Below are positions 46,756-56,530 of a DNA stretch of 64,000 nucleotides, one piece after another; position 1 is the stretch's first letter, and every line of letters begins with the position of its first letter. Under the pieces are notes generated by a model, which ran no database searches, was not told the DNA's origin, and was given only the letters and a program-made list of their open reading frames with translations. Source of the DNA: Patescibacteria group bacterium. GTDB lineage: Bacteria; Patescibacteriota; Minisyncoccia; Phycocordibacterales; UBA1550. A program made the position numbers and the translations under genes. The DNA lies in the NCBI GenBank assembly GCA_038062675.1, contig JBBTWP010000001.1:122059-186058 (forward strand), given 5' to 3'.

Positions 46756-47457
46756 CTACTGAGTGAGTGTTCCCCTTCGCAAGACAACTCGCTTCATAAA
46801 AAGCTGTGACATATTGCGCACACCATCCCTTACTGTGTTGAGCTTCACTTCGCCAACACGTGGGCGGTATTCGATTGGTGTTTCAGCACATTTGAATCCC
46901 TTTGCATAAGCCTCCACCTTCAATTCCTGAGAAAATGGCATTCCTCCCGATACTACGTCAAGATGCTCCCAGATTGAACGCTTGAAAATCCACATGCCTG
47001 ATTGTGAATCTTTAAACGGCCACCGAAAAAGTGTACGGGTTGTCATACTCAACAACCAATTACCAAAAACATGACTGAAGGTCATTGCTTCAGGATTAAG
47101 ATTGCTCAAGCGGTCAGTGTTAAGAAAATCTAAATTTTTCTCACGGAGCGTCGTGAGAAGTTCTGGTAATGAATCAAATGGGTACGTCATGTCAGCATCC
47201 CCCGTTGCAATAATGTCACCAGTAGCAGCGGCAAAGCCAGCTTTGTAAGCATTTCCATATCCACGCAAAGGTGCGGGAACCACTCTCGCTCCGTGGGCAG
47301 TAGCGATTTCCGCTGTTTTGTCGGTCGAACCATTATCGGCAACAATGATCTCGACCTCGTAGCCCATACTGTTCAATTTTGCAACAGGGACTTGTTTGAT
47401 AACGTCTGCTACCCCCCCTTCCTCGTTTAATGCTGGTATAACAACTGATAATTTCAT
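46756..47457 (-). CDS. GT2 glycosyltransferase (DPM1/GtrB-like)
   Basis: LSVVIPALNEE...VADNGSTD...GDADMTYP. Confidence 0.8.
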   Translation of the reverse strand: MKLSVVIPALNEEGGVADVIKQVPVAKLNSMGYEVEIIVADNGSTDKTAEIATAHGARVVPAPLRGYGNAYKAGFAAATGDIIATGDADMTYPFDSLPELLTTLREKNLDFLNTDRLSNLNPEAMTFSHVFGNWLLSMTTRTLFRWPFKDSQSGMWIFKRSIWEHLDVVSGGMPFSQELKVEAYAKGFKCAETPIEYRPRVGEVKLNTVRDGVRNMSQLFMKRVVLRRGTLTQ

Positions 47458-47466
47458 ATATTTTAT

Positions 47467-47946
47467 TTATTTTTTAATAATCGGCTTCTCGCCTCGTAGT
47501 GCAAAGTGCAATTCTTGCTTTTTGTCGGTGAGCTCTACGTAAAGTGTTTCTTTTTCGGAGGCTGATTTGAATGTATACGACTCGGTGATGGTTTTGTATT
47601 CGTTGTTTTTCACAAATGCGGTACTCTGCGAGACAGTTGTGGTGCCGTAGTCATTTTTAAAATACACAACATACGGATATTCCCTGTCTTTACCTTCCAG
47701 ATTGTGAATGGTGAAAGAAAATGAAATCGTCTCCCCTTTTACAATTTGTTTAGGAAGATCGGTGTGATTTTCGAAGTATAATTCTGTAAATAGCTCGGGT
47801 CTGGGTATGAGCTTGAGTGCGTCCATTTGTCGATAGAGGGCGTCTCGATACACATACGTGGCGTATAGTGTAGCCACAATCAAACAAACGACGAAAATTG
47901 AGATATATTTCTTCATTTCACGCAAAAAACCCGCAACGGGTCTCAT
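47467..47946 (-). CDS. membrane-anchored hypothetical protein
   Basis: N-terminal TM helix plus beta-rich domain. First gene of the minus-strand glycan operon. Confidence 0.4.
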   Translation of the reverse strand: MRPVAGFLREMKKYISIFVVCLIVATLYATYVYRDALYRQMDALKLIPRPELFTELYFENHTDLPKQIVKGETISFSFTIHNLEGKDREYPYVVYFKNDYGTTTVSQSTAFVKNNEYKTITESYTFKSASEKETLYVELTDKKQELHFALRGEKPIIKK

Positions 47947-48230
47947 CTATCTATATATCATATTTTTGCCCAAAAAGCAAGGGCTGGCATGGGGAAAACT
48001 TTGAGAATAGGCACGAAATGCTGGATTTTGTTGGAAAGTCGGTGGTGCAGGGGTGTCATGGTGCCGGAATACAACTTATTGACTTCGCAAAGGGTTTGCA
48101 CTGTATGCCCGATTATGATAAAATGCAAATAGGAGTATGCAATAATAACTTACGTGGTGCTCTGGTGTTCCCACAGAGGATCTGTGACTTAAGCTAGAGA
48201 CTGACACTGCGTGAGACCGCTACTTCTAAC

Positions 48231-48260
48231 AAAAACCCGCATTTTAGGATGCGGTTTTTT
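48231..48260 (-). terminator. intrinsic terminator (bidirectional)
   Basis: A5-CCGCAT-TTTAGG-ATGCGG-T6. Confidence 0.55.
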
Positions 48261-48265
48261 GTTGC

Positions 48266-48910
48266 CTACTTGAAGAATTCTTTGGTACTAAGAATGTTAT
48301 TTTGAATAATTTTATAGCATTCTTCCCCGAGTGGTTTTTTCTCAAGATACCAAGCAAGTGCACCAGAAACCCAATCTGCAATTTGAATATTAGCATTTGC
48401 AGTAGAATCGATCATCTGAATATCAACAAACGTTCCAGGTGAGCAAACAGGGAGAAGCTGGGCTTTCACTGATTCCCTAAAACTATTCCTTGTAAGTCCT
48501 TTAAGGTGTCTATTGTCACAAAAAATATAGAATTCTTTTTCATCTGTTGGTAAATATGTTTTTATAATTTCTGCAATGATTGCCGCGTAGAGCAATCCGC
48601 TTTCCAGCTTGCCTGCATTGTTTCTAAAGTCACTCGGAATGTTTTCCCGTTGTAGATACCCATAACGAATCCTTACATCAAGCTCTGCGATATGCTTAAG
48701 TGTCCGCAATCGTAATGAGTCATCCACGCTCGTAGATGACCACTTTATCTCATTCTGTGTTCGCATTTTTCTTGGAAATCTAGACTGACGCCAAGATTTG
48801 AATGCTTTCTCTGTGCGCCTTTGGTCACCCACAGTGAATGAACCTATTACAAAATATTCTTCATTGTTATGTTTGGTGAATTGACCGCTTTCGTCTAAAA
48901 ATATATACAT
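48266..48910 (-). CDS. DUF3800 family protein
   Basis: MYIFLDESGQF N-terminus and IQIADWVSGAL C-terminal motif. Confidence 0.55.
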   Translation of the reverse strand: MYIFLDESGQFTKHNNEEYFVIGSFTVGDQRRTEKAFKSWRQSRFPRKMRTQNEIKWSSTSVDDSLRLRTLKHIAELDVRIRYGYLQRENIPSDFRNNAGKLESGLLYAAIIAEIIKTYLPTDEKEFYIFCDNRHLKGLTRNSFRESVKAQLLPVCSPGTFVDIQMIDSTANANIQIADWVSGALAWYLEKKPLGEECYKIIQNNILSTKEFFK

Positions 48911-49062
48911 GCCTGACTATTATAACATGCGAACAAGCAATGTCTTTCGCAGCTGAGCCACTGGATGTTCATAGTAAAAAGAAAACCCGTGTATGGATAT
49001 GCTGATATTCTGCCGTATATGACAACAGAAAGTGAGTAGCCTGTATCCCAAGCATGTGCTGA

Positions 49063-49536
49063 ATGTCGCTCAGCCTGAGCCCAAAACAATCAAGGGGCGT
49101 ACTTACTCACATAAAACAACACCGTGGTATTGAACCATTACGAACCATTGACTTATTGCCTCCGGGGTGGTATTTTTCATACAGGTACATTCTGAAGAGG
49201 GGTGACGTCATGGCACACGGTGGCAGACCTGCGGGGTTGAGTAGTGTTGCGGACAAGATACGACGACTTTTAAAAAGTGGCGAAAGCATTTACTACATTA
49301 CCAGCTCTCTCTCACGAAAAGAGGGTTATGGTGCAAATTGCATTGAGCAACACATGCGGGAGTTTGGATTTGAGACGTTGCTCATTAAACCTGCGCCCGT
49401 GAAGCCGTTTTTTGAACTTTACATAACCGATAACCCGGTTTGTTTTGTATCAAAGGACGGAAAGAAGAAGGAGTGCAATGAGTTGTCTGATTTTCTTGAG
49501 CAGGAATCGGATAGGATCAGAATCTTTAAGAAATAA
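49063..49536 (+). CDS. hypothetical protein
   Basis: 157-aa ORF (or 108 aa from the internal Met at about 49210). Confidence 0.3.
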   Translation: MSLSLSPKQSRGVLTHIKQHRGIEPLRTIDLLPPGWYFSYRYILKRGDVMAHGGRPAGLSSVADKIRRLLKSGESIYYITSSLSRKEGYGANCIEQHMREFGFETLLIKPAPVKPFFELYITDNPVCFVSKDGKKKECNELSDFLEQESDRIRIFKK

Positions 49537-49630
49537 AAGGGATTTTTGTGTCACACAACTGGATAGCTACCATAGATACCTGAGCGCTTTGCTATGCGCC
49601 CGGGTATTTTTGTTGGACCCCTGATTCTAG

Positions 49631-49688
49631 TTGACAAGTTTACTTAATTGGTGTATTATATTAGGCAGAGTGTTACATTCTGTAACAC
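49631..49688 (+). promoter_or_regulatory. sigma70-like promoter (TTGACA-17-TATTAT) followed by an 8-bp perfect inverted repeat
   Basis: TTGACA 49631-49636, TATTAT 49654-49659. GTGTTACAttcTGTAACAC at 49670-49688. Confidence 0.5.
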
Positions 49689-49707
49689 AGTAAACAAGAG
49701 GTGTTCT

Positions 49708-50157
49708 ATGAAAAAAACGGCTTTCTTTTTTATGCTCCTGACGTGCTTGGCCATTTTGGCGAGCCACTCCCAAGGTGCGCAGGCAGCTGATGAGCAGAAA
49801 AATGGCGGTGCGGGTGTTGAGTACCCAGTCTGCAATTTGCTAGATACCCCATCCGTTGCAAAACAGCTTGCTCGTGGGGAGCGACCCAATCCCTATTCGC
49901 CATTTTTGATCGAAGGTGGCATCGGAAGCGAGAGGATTGTGTTTTGTATCCACACAAAAGGGGGTGTCGAGATGCACACATCGGTTGCATTTAATGATGC
50001 GGAGTTCATTACGGACGAAACAAAGGCCGTGCCCATGATTGTTTTTTTGTACAAAGGGGAAACAAAAGGCGGAGACCTTCTTGAAAATATCAGAGACCCC
50101 AATGCGATCATTGTGCGGCTTTCCCAAAAGGACCGGAAGTTGGTTCTAAACCCCTAA
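49708..50157 (+). CDS. secreted protein, paralog 1
   Basis: SD AAGAGG. Signal peptide MKKTAFFFMLLTCLAILASHSQGAQA. Family motifs FC, IVF..KG. Confidence 0.5.
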   Translation: MKKTAFFFMLLTCLAILASHSQGAQAADEQKNGGAGVEYPVCNLLDTPSVAKQLARGERPNPYSPFLIEGGIGSERIVFCIHTKGGVEMHTSVAFNDAEFITDETKAVPMIVFLYKGETKGGDLLENIRDPNAIIVRLSQKDRKLVLNP

Positions 50158-50176
50158 TATTGGGGCGTCACAACTC

Positions 50177-50210
50177 AGCCGCTGGATCAGTATGATCTAG
50201 CGGCTTTTTT
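50177..50210 (+). terminator. intrinsic terminator
   Basis: AGCCGCT-GGATCAGTATGATCT-AGCGGCT-T6. Confidence 0.6.
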
Positions 50211-50289
50211 ATGGAAACATGGCAGCGCATCCTACATTTGGTATACTGTATATGGGTTAGTCCACAAGTGTCAGAGAGGAGTAACGTCC

Positions 50290-50733
50290 ATGAAAAATCT
50301 CTTGATCAGCGTGGTTGTCAGTTTTTTGATATTAGTTGCACGAAGCGCACACGGAGGAGCGTCTCCCCCCAAAAGCATGGACGAAATGTTTGTCTTCACG
50401 GAAAGCTACTTGATCTGCGAACGACAGGAACACCACGAAGACGGGACCATTGGGCCATCGGAAGCGTTCATTTGGCTAAGCGAGGGGGTTATTGCCTTTT
50501 GCTGGGGGAAAAATGATAGCGAGGAAGTATCTGTTGTTACCACACCTCTTGTGCACGTAAAGATATTACTCGACAACTGGATTATCGACCCAACAGTCAC
50601 CCTTATCTTTGGTGGTAAAAAAGAAATTCCGTTGCAATGGCTTCAGGGATCGTACCCTTTTCATGCTCCGTTGTCGGGTATCGAGCTCCGCGTACCTATC
50701 GAGTATTTTAATGCACTGCATCGTGCAAAATAG
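50290..50733 (+). CDS. secreted protein, paralog 2
   Basis: Signal peptide, VIAFCWGKND...TLIFGGKKEIPLQWL. Confidence 0.5.
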   Translation: MKNLLISVVVSFLILVARSAHGGASPPKSMDEMFVFTESYLICERQEHHEDGTIGPSEAFIWLSEGVIAFCWGKNDSEEVSVVTTPLVHVKILLDNWIIDPTVTLIFGGKKEIPLQWLQGSYPFHAPLSGIELRVPIEYFNALHRAK

Positions 50734-50749
50734 TTATGTATTGTAAGCC

Positions 50750-50780
50750 CCGCCGGACCAGTATGATCCGGCGGATTTTT
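50750..50780 (+). terminator. intrinsic terminator
   Basis: CCGCCGG-ACCAGTATGATC-CGGCGG-ATTTTTG. Confidence 0.55.
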
Positions 50781-50888
50781 GATTATACGCGGAAAAAAAG
50801 TAGACAAGAAAACATAGTTGCGGTATTATTTCACATAGAATATTGCAGATGCAATAAACAAGAACCTTACGATACGAGGACTTTGATC

Positions 50889-51296
50889 ATGAAAAAGGTG
50901 TTGATGGCAACAGGCATATTGCTAACTGTTTTGGTAGGAGGCGTCAGTGGTGCAGGCATGGAAACAAATGCACTCATTTCTGGGATTCAAGAATACTCAA
51001 TCTGCTCATGGAAGGATTCATCTCCTTTCATTACAGTACAGGGCGAAGAAGTCTCATTTTGCTGGGAGCGACCAGATCTTACCCCTCCGCGATCAATTGT
51101 CACGGCTTCCGCCAAAGACGTAAACTTTGTAATTGATAAAACAAAGGTCATACCAATCGTTAAATTCATATTTGGAGGGAGTCCAGATATTCAACTACTT
51201 TGGGTTACTCGGAAAAATAAGTTTGAAACCTCACCATCAGGAATACAAATCAATATCTCTCCAGAAGATATGGCAGGGATTCAGAGAAAAAAATAG
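50889..51296 (+). CDS. secreted protein, paralog 3
   Basis: Signal peptide MKKVLMATGILLTVLVGGVSGAG, EVSFCWERPD...KFIFGGSPDIQLLWV. Confidence 0.5.
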   Translation: MKKVLMATGILLTVLVGGVSGAGMETNALISGIQEYSICSWKDSSPFITVQGEEVSFCWERPDLTPPRSIVTASAKDVNFVIDKTKVIPIVKFIFGGSPDIQLLWVTRKNKFETSPSGIQINISPEDMAGIQRKK

Positions 51297-51308
51297 TGTT
51301 TACACGAA

Positions 51309-51338
51309 CGCCGAGTCGCAAGACTCGGCGGTTTTTTT
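51309..51338. terminator. bidirectional intrinsic terminator
   Basis: CGCCGAGTC-GCAA-GACTCGGCG-GT7. Serves paralog 3 (+) and uvrC (-). Confidence 0.6.
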
Positions 51339-51341
51339 GTA

Positions 51342-52550
51342 CTAGAGCTTCAGCGGTTTTCGGCGAAGTGTGCGGTGGTAGGCAATGGCAAAACGGTGGG
51401 CTTCGCTGTTGGCGAGGAGGATGGCGCGTTCGTGGGCGACGCGTATTTTGGCGTCGCCCAAAATCTCGCGTGCGCGGTGGTGTTCGTCTTTGACCACACC
51501 CACCACAGGAATGACATTTCCCCACTCTTTGAGGGCGCGTTCTGCGGTGGCGACTTGCGCTTTTCCTCCGTCGACAACAATCAGCGACGGAAGTAACCAT
51601 TCGGGGTGCCCGAAACGGCGTTCGAGTATTTCATGAAGGGAAGCGTTGTCGTCGTTGGTACTGGTGCGTATTTTAAATTTGCGATATGCGTTTTTGTTGG
51701 GCTCGCCGTCTTCAAGAACAACCATCACTCCTACGGTGTTGGTTCCCGAAATGTGTGCGACATCGTACGCCTCGATGCGCATTGTTTTTTCGCTGGTGAT
51801 CTTCTGCTCAAGATTGTGTTTGAGGAGTGCAATGTCTTGGATGTGGGTCAGCGCAAAGATTGTTCGCTTGAGGCGCGCAGCTTCTTCGAATTTGAGCGCT
51901 TTTGCAGAACGTGTCATGTCGCGCTCGAGACTGCGCACGAGTGTTTTCTTTTTACCTTCAAAAAAGAGTTTGATGCGCGTTATTGTTTGTGCGTATTCGG
52001 CAGGAGTGAGTTTGCCTGCACACACAGCAGGGCAAAGGCCAATTTGTGCATTGAAGCAGGGCTTTCCTTGATTCGGCGTGCATTTGTCACGAAAGGGAAA
52101 AATCTTGCGTACGAGGGTGAGTGCTTCGCGGAGCACCGAGCCTTGAGGAAATGGTCCAAACGCATATTTTATTTCCCCATGCTTTGTTTCGAGCTCCCTC
52201 CCTCGCATGGTGATCACGCGCGGAAATGTTTCTTTGGTGATCACGACAAAGTTGAAACTTTTATTATCTTTTTCTTTGGTGTTGTAGGGTGGCTGATGTT
52301 TCTTGATGAGGTGCGCTTCGAGGATGAGCGCTTCAAGGACAGAGTCGGTAATAATAGTTTCAATACTCGTCGCTCCCTCCACCATGCCAACAATGATGGG
52401 CCCGCGCGTGCTCATGAGGTCACGACGAAAATAGCTCGAGACGCGCGAGTGGAGTGAGGTTGCTTTACCAATATACAAAATAGCGCGTTTGGATCCGCGG
52501 AAAATATAAATACCGGGTGCTGCAGGAAGTTTTTTTTCGAGTTTCTTCAT
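51342..52550 (-). CDS. uvrC: excinuclease ABC subunit C, short form lacking the C-terminal (HhH)2 domain
   Basis: GIY-YIG (GIYIFRGSKRAILYIGKA), UVR domain, RNase H-like nuclease domain (EAYDVAHISG). Only 402 aa. Confidence 0.75.
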   Translation of the reverse strand: MKKLEKKLPAAPGIYIFRGSKRAILYIGKATSLHSRVSSYFRRDLMSTRGPIIVGMVEGATSIETIITDSVLEALILEAHLIKKHQPPYNTKEKDNKSFNFVVITKETFPRVITMRGRELETKHGEIKYAFGPFPQGSVLREALTLVRKIFPFRDKCTPNQGKPCFNAQIGLCPAVCAGKLTPAEYAQTITRIKLFFEGKKKTLVRSLERDMTRSAKALKFEEAARLKRTIFALTHIQDIALLKHNLEQKITSEKTMRIEAYDVAHISGTNTVGVMVVLEDGEPNKNAYRKFKIRTSTNDDNASLHEILERRFGHPEWLLPSLIVVDGGKAQVATAERALKEWGNVIPVVGVVKDEHHRAREILGDAKIRVAHERAILLANSEAHRFAIAYHRTLRRKPLKL

Positions 52551-52614
52551 AGGAAATTATCAAGCACAGTTTCCAAGGGTAACCCTTGGAAAAAATGAGG
52601 CTTGTGGCGTAAGG

Positions 52615-55260
52615 CTATTTTCGTTTGAGGACTTTTTTGAGGTATTTGCCAGTGTAGGAAGCGGGGTTGGCAGCGATTTGTTCAGGGGTACCACGGGCAA
52701 CAATATCTCCCCCACCCTTGCCACCTTCGGGTCCAATATCAAGCACGTAGTCGGCGCTCTTGATAACATCCATGTTGTGTTCAATGAGAAGCACGCTATT
52801 GCCTTTGTCGACGAGTTTGGACAAAATCTCGATGAGCTTGCGCACGTCTTCATAGTGAAGTCCTACGGTAGGTTCATCGAGGAGGTACATGGTGCGTTCG
52901 ACATGGGGACGGTACAACTCAGAAGAAATTTTTACACGTTGTGCTTCCCCGCCAGAGAGTGTGGTTGCAGATTGCCCCAGCTTGAGGTAATGCAGACCCA
53001 CTTCATTCAAAGTTTTCAATCGGTCGTAGATTGCAGGAATGTCCTCAAAAAATGCGAGCGCCTCTTCGACGGTCATCTCGAGTACGTCGTAAATATTTTT
53101 CTTTTTGTAGACAATTTCAAGCGTGTCTTTTTCAAAACGTTTACCCCGACATACGTCGCAGGTTACATACACCGTTGGAAGAAAGTGCATCTCGACGGCA
53201 ATAGTACCGTTGCCTTGGCAAGTCTCACAACGCCCACCTTTTACGTTGAACGAAAAACGGCCCGGTCCCCACCCGCGCAAACGTGCTTCGGCAGTCTCGG
53301 CAAAAATGTCACGAATGAACGTAAACGAGCCGGTGTAGGTCGCTGGGTTTGAACGTGGTGTGCGGCCGATGGGCGACTGGTCGATGAGAACCGTGCGTGA
53401 GAGATACTCGGTGCCGGTGAAGCTCTCACAGTTGAAAATGTCGTTGGTGCGATAGCGATGCTCGAGGCGTGCTTGGAGGTTCTTGTAAATGATTTCGTAC
53501 ATGAGTGTACTTTTTCCCGAGCCTGATACGCCAGTGATGGCAACAAGTTTCCCTAGAGGGATTTCTGCGTTTAGATGTTTGATATTGAATGCAACGCCCT
53601 CTTTGATGCGTAAGTGTCCACGGTCTTCGTCACGGCGTTTCTTGGGAATTTCCACTGCTTTGTCGCCACGTAAATAGTCGAGGGTGAGGGATTTGTATTT
53701 TTTTGGATTGGTGATGAGCTCGTCCAAGTATCCAACGGCAACAACATTGCCCCCGTGCACGCCGGCGCCGGGTCCAATGTCTACAAGGTAGTCTGAGGCA
53801 AAAATAGTGTCTTCGTCGTGCTCGACAATAATAATGGTGTTGCCAAGGTCGCGGAGGTCTTTGAGGGTTTTGATAAGGCGGTCATTGTCGCGTTGATGGA
53901 GGCCGATGGTAGGCTCGTCGAGAACATAAAGTGCTCCCACAAGGCGTGAACCGAGCTGAGACGCAAGGCGAATACGCTGTGCCTCGCCACCCGAGAGTGT
54001 GTTGGCACGGCGGTCGAGAGTGAGGTAGTCGATACCCACGTCGAGCATGAATGACAAACGATTTTGGATTTCTTTCACAACCGGAAGTGAGATGTCCTTG
54101 TCGCGCGGAGAGATTTTGAGTTCGGCAAAAAACTCCGATGCCTGCGCAATCGACATGCGGGAAATATCTACAATGTTCTTGCCGTGTACATACACACTCA
54201 TTGCCTCTTTGCGGAGGCGTGCACCCTCACAGTCGGGACATGGTTCGCTCCCAAAAAAATGTTTACTGCCGAGCCCATTGCAGGCAGGGCATGCACCGTA
54301 GGGCGAGTTGAACGAGAAAAGGCGTGGCTCGATTTCAGGGTAAGAAAAGCCGTCGTTGGGGCAGGCAAAGCGGTTGGACATAATGAAGTCCTTGGTCTCG
54401 ACACCGTCTTTCATGAACACAATGCGCACCAAACTTTCAGATTCGAGGAGTGCGCGCTCAAGGCCCTCCGAGAGGCGTTCACGTCCTTTTGTTTGTGGCG
54501 CCTCGTCTTCGGCAACATCTTTACTCGCAGGAATATTTTTGTCGCGCCCAACGGACTTGCGCGACACGATTCCGCTGAATCGAAAATCCGCAATATTGAT
54601 TTCATCTACCAAAACATCAATCTCATGTTTCTTCGTTTTAGAGAGAACGATTTGTTCACGCAAGTTTTTAATTTCACCGTCGACGCGCACCATGAGATAC
54701 CCTTTGCCGAGGAGGTCGTAGAGGAGCTGGTAGTACTCCCCCTTTCGTCCGCGCACGAGTGGTGCAAAAATACGCACGGTTGTTGCACTCTTTCCTTCGC
54801 CGTTTTTGATCTCTGACAAAATGAAATTCAGAATTTCTTCGTTGCCGAGACGTTTTATTTCTTCACCACACAAGAGACAGTGGGGTTTGCCGATACGCGC
54901 AAACATGACGCGGAGATAGTCGTAGATTTCGGTAATAGTCGCAACCGTTGAGCGCGGATTGGACGAGTGTGATTTTTGGTCGATTGAAATGGCAGGCGAA
55001 AGCCCCGTGATTTCATCCACGTCCGGCTTTTGCATCTGGTTTAGGAATTGACGTGCGTACGCTGAAAGTGACTCAACGTAGCGACGTTGACCCTCGGCAA
55101 AAATGGTGTCGAAGGCAAGCGAAGACTTCCCTGAGCCCGAGAGCCCCGTAAAGACCACCATCTTGTCGCGCGGCATTTCCACACTGATGTTCTTTAGGTT
55201 GTGGGTGCGCGCTCCGCGTACAGTGATGGTGTCGATTCCCTTTTTCTTTGGATTGGTCAT
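52615..55260 (-). CDS. uvrA: excinuclease ABC subunit A
   Basis: Two ABC ATPase modules ([22 protein letters not shown]) and zinc-finger Cys clusters, 881 aa. Confidence 0.9.
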   Translation of the reverse strand: MTNPKKKGIDTITVRGARTHNLKNISVEMPRDKMVVFTGLSGSGKSSLAFDTIFAEGQRRYVESLSAYARQFLNQMQKPDVDEITGLSPAISIDQKSHSSNPRSTVATITEIYDYLRVMFARIGKPHCLLCGEEIKRLGNEEILNFILSEIKNGEGKSATTVRIFAPLVRGRKGEYYQLLYDLLGKGYLMVRVDGEIKNLREQIVLSKTKKHEIDVLVDEINIADFRFSGIVSRKSVGRDKNIPASKDVAEDEAPQTKGRERLSEGLERALLESESLVRIVFMKDGVETKDFIMSNRFACPNDGFSYPEIEPRLFSFNSPYGACPACNGLGSKHFFGSEPCPDCEGARLRKEAMSVYVHGKNIVDISRMSIAQASEFFAELKISPRDKDISLPVVKEIQNRLSFMLDVGIDYLTLDRRANTLSGGEAQRIRLASQLGSRLVGALYVLDEPTIGLHQRDNDRLIKTLKDLRDLGNTIIIVEHDEDTIFASDYLVDIGPGAGVHGGNVVAVGYLDELITNPKKYKSLTLDYLRGDKAVEIPKKRRDEDRGHLRIKEGVAFNIKHLNAEIPLGKLVAITGVSGSGKSTLMYEIIYKNLQARLEHRYRTNDIFNCESFTGTEYLSRTVLIDQSPIGRTPRSNPATYTGSFTFIRDIFAETAEARLRGWGPGRFSFNVKGGRCETCQGNGTIAVEMHFLPTVYVTCDVCRGKRFEKDTLEIVYKKKNIYDVLEMTVEEALAFFEDIPAIYDRLKTLNEVGLHYLKLGQSATTLSGGEAQRVKISSELYRPHVERTMYLLDEPTVGLHYEDVRKLIEILSKLVDKGNSVLLIEHNMDVIKSADYVLDIGPEGGKGGGDIVARGTPEQIAANPASYTGKYLKKVLKRK

Positions 55261-55367
55261 GATGTAATATGGCCCTCAATTTGACAAAAAGTCATAGAAG
55301 TTCCTTTATACTAGCAGGTTTTTGGATTTCGGCAACCGTGCTCGAAGTTCTCGTTGTGCCTTGAAAA

Positions 55368-55400
55368 GCCCCTACATGACAAACTGAGTCATGTAGGGGC
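55368..55400 (-). terminator. strong hairpin (13-bp stem)
   Basis: GCCCCTACATGAC-aaactga-GTCATGTAGGGGC, followed on the minus strand by TTTTC. Confidence 0.5.
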
Positions 55401-55403
55401 ATG

Positions 55404-55577
55404 TTACCGCTTTTGTCGCATCCGCCTGCGAAGAAAACGATTGTTTACGTGTTGATAGTACGGCGATATTTTATATTGTCGTAAAGGAAGAGCAAGAGGT
55501 AAAGGAACAGCGACTATGATCGATGCTGAAATAACAACAGAAAGTAAGGCAGGCATACGATCTTTTGTTGATTTCAT
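55404..55577 (-). CDS. small membrane protein (57 aa)
   Basis: SD GGGAGG 5 nt upstream of the ATG, one TM helix, followed by the 13-bp hairpin. Confidence 0.3.
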   Translation of the reverse strand: MKSTKDRMPALLSVVISASIIVAVPLPLALPLRQYKISPYYQHVNNRFLRRRMRQKR

Positions 55578-55763
55578 GAAAACCTCCCAATGTAGTAATG
55601 CTACGGAGATGTTTTGTTGACACAACGATTTGCTTCTGGTGATTAGGATACGAGAATCGCTGATATTTGTCAATCTTCCGCATGGTATCTTATGAAAGAA
55701 GAGCGTGCTATCATTATCTCTAGCGCTGAATAATAGCATCAGAGTTCCTTACGAGGAGGTATT

Positions 55764-56483
55764 ATGCGAAGCAAAAAAAGCTTGTGGTGGTTTACCATTA
55801 GTCTTATTGTTCTTTGGGTCACAAATGTCCAAGCCAAAGAATCCACCTGTTCACTCGGTCTTGGTGCTGGATATGTAAAAATATCAACGTCAGTCCTCAA
55901 ACTCACCAACCTTGAAAAGAAATTGGCAAAGAGTGATGATGTGAACTATTCACGGAGTGTCGACAACGAAAGCACGGCGCATGAGTTGTCGATCGACTGT
56001 CTGCTTGGCAACAACTTTGGTATACGGGGATCGTATATCGATGGACTGGAATTTTCAGCGACCAACACCATCACTTCCCCAAAGTTTTTTCTTGAATCAC
56101 CAATCGATGAGATTGACGGAATTACAATCCAATCACTCAAAGCGAAAGTCACAAGAAAAATTAGCGGATCCGCGACCGGAGTGTTTGTTTACTATCGTTT
56201 CGATGTCGTTCCTTCGTTTGCTACAGTTTCTGTGGAAGGAGGTTCGTACTATGTTCGAGCCGAAAGTTACTGGAAAGCGAGTCTGGAAAATGTTGATGGT
56301 GAAAAATATTTCACACTCTTGGGTGAAACTGAATATCAACGAGAATATTTCCCCAGCATTGCATTTAGTGGAAACTTAAATTTCACACCGAGTATGGGGC
56401 TATCCGCACACTATATGCCAGTGCCGGGAAAAACAACGAGGATGCTCTTTTTGACTTTCACGTGGAGATTGTGGAGATTGTGA
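55764..56483 (+). CDS. secreted beta-barrel-like protein (OMP_b-brl-like)
   Basis: Signal peptide, LGLGAGYVK start of beta-strand alternation, aromatic-rich C-terminus. Confidence 0.45.
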   Translation: MRSKKSLWWFTISLIVLWVTNVQAKESTCSLGLGAGYVKISTSVLKLTNLEKKLAKSDDVNYSRSVDNESTAHELSIDCLLGNNFGIRGSYIDGLEFSATNTITSPKFFLESPIDEIDGITIQSLKAKVTRKISGSATGVFVYYRFDVVPSFATVSVEGGSYYVRAESYWKASLENVDGEKYFTLLGETEYQREYFPSIAFSGNLNFTPSMGLSAHYMPVPGKTTRMLFLTFTWRLWRL

Positions 56484-56530
56484 GTACAACAAAAAACCAC
56501 CTCGCATGCTTGTGCGCGGTGGTTTTTCTA

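Noticed and set aside
50736-50888. N-terminal extension of the paralog-3 ORF
   Set aside because: The extension contains the intrinsic terminator of paralog 2 and a promoter-like TAGACA-17-TATTAT. The real start is the MKKVLM Met at 50889.
52678-54816. Several 120-220-aa plus-strand ORFs
   Set aside because: All are antisense to uvrA, which has unambiguous ABC ATPase motifs.
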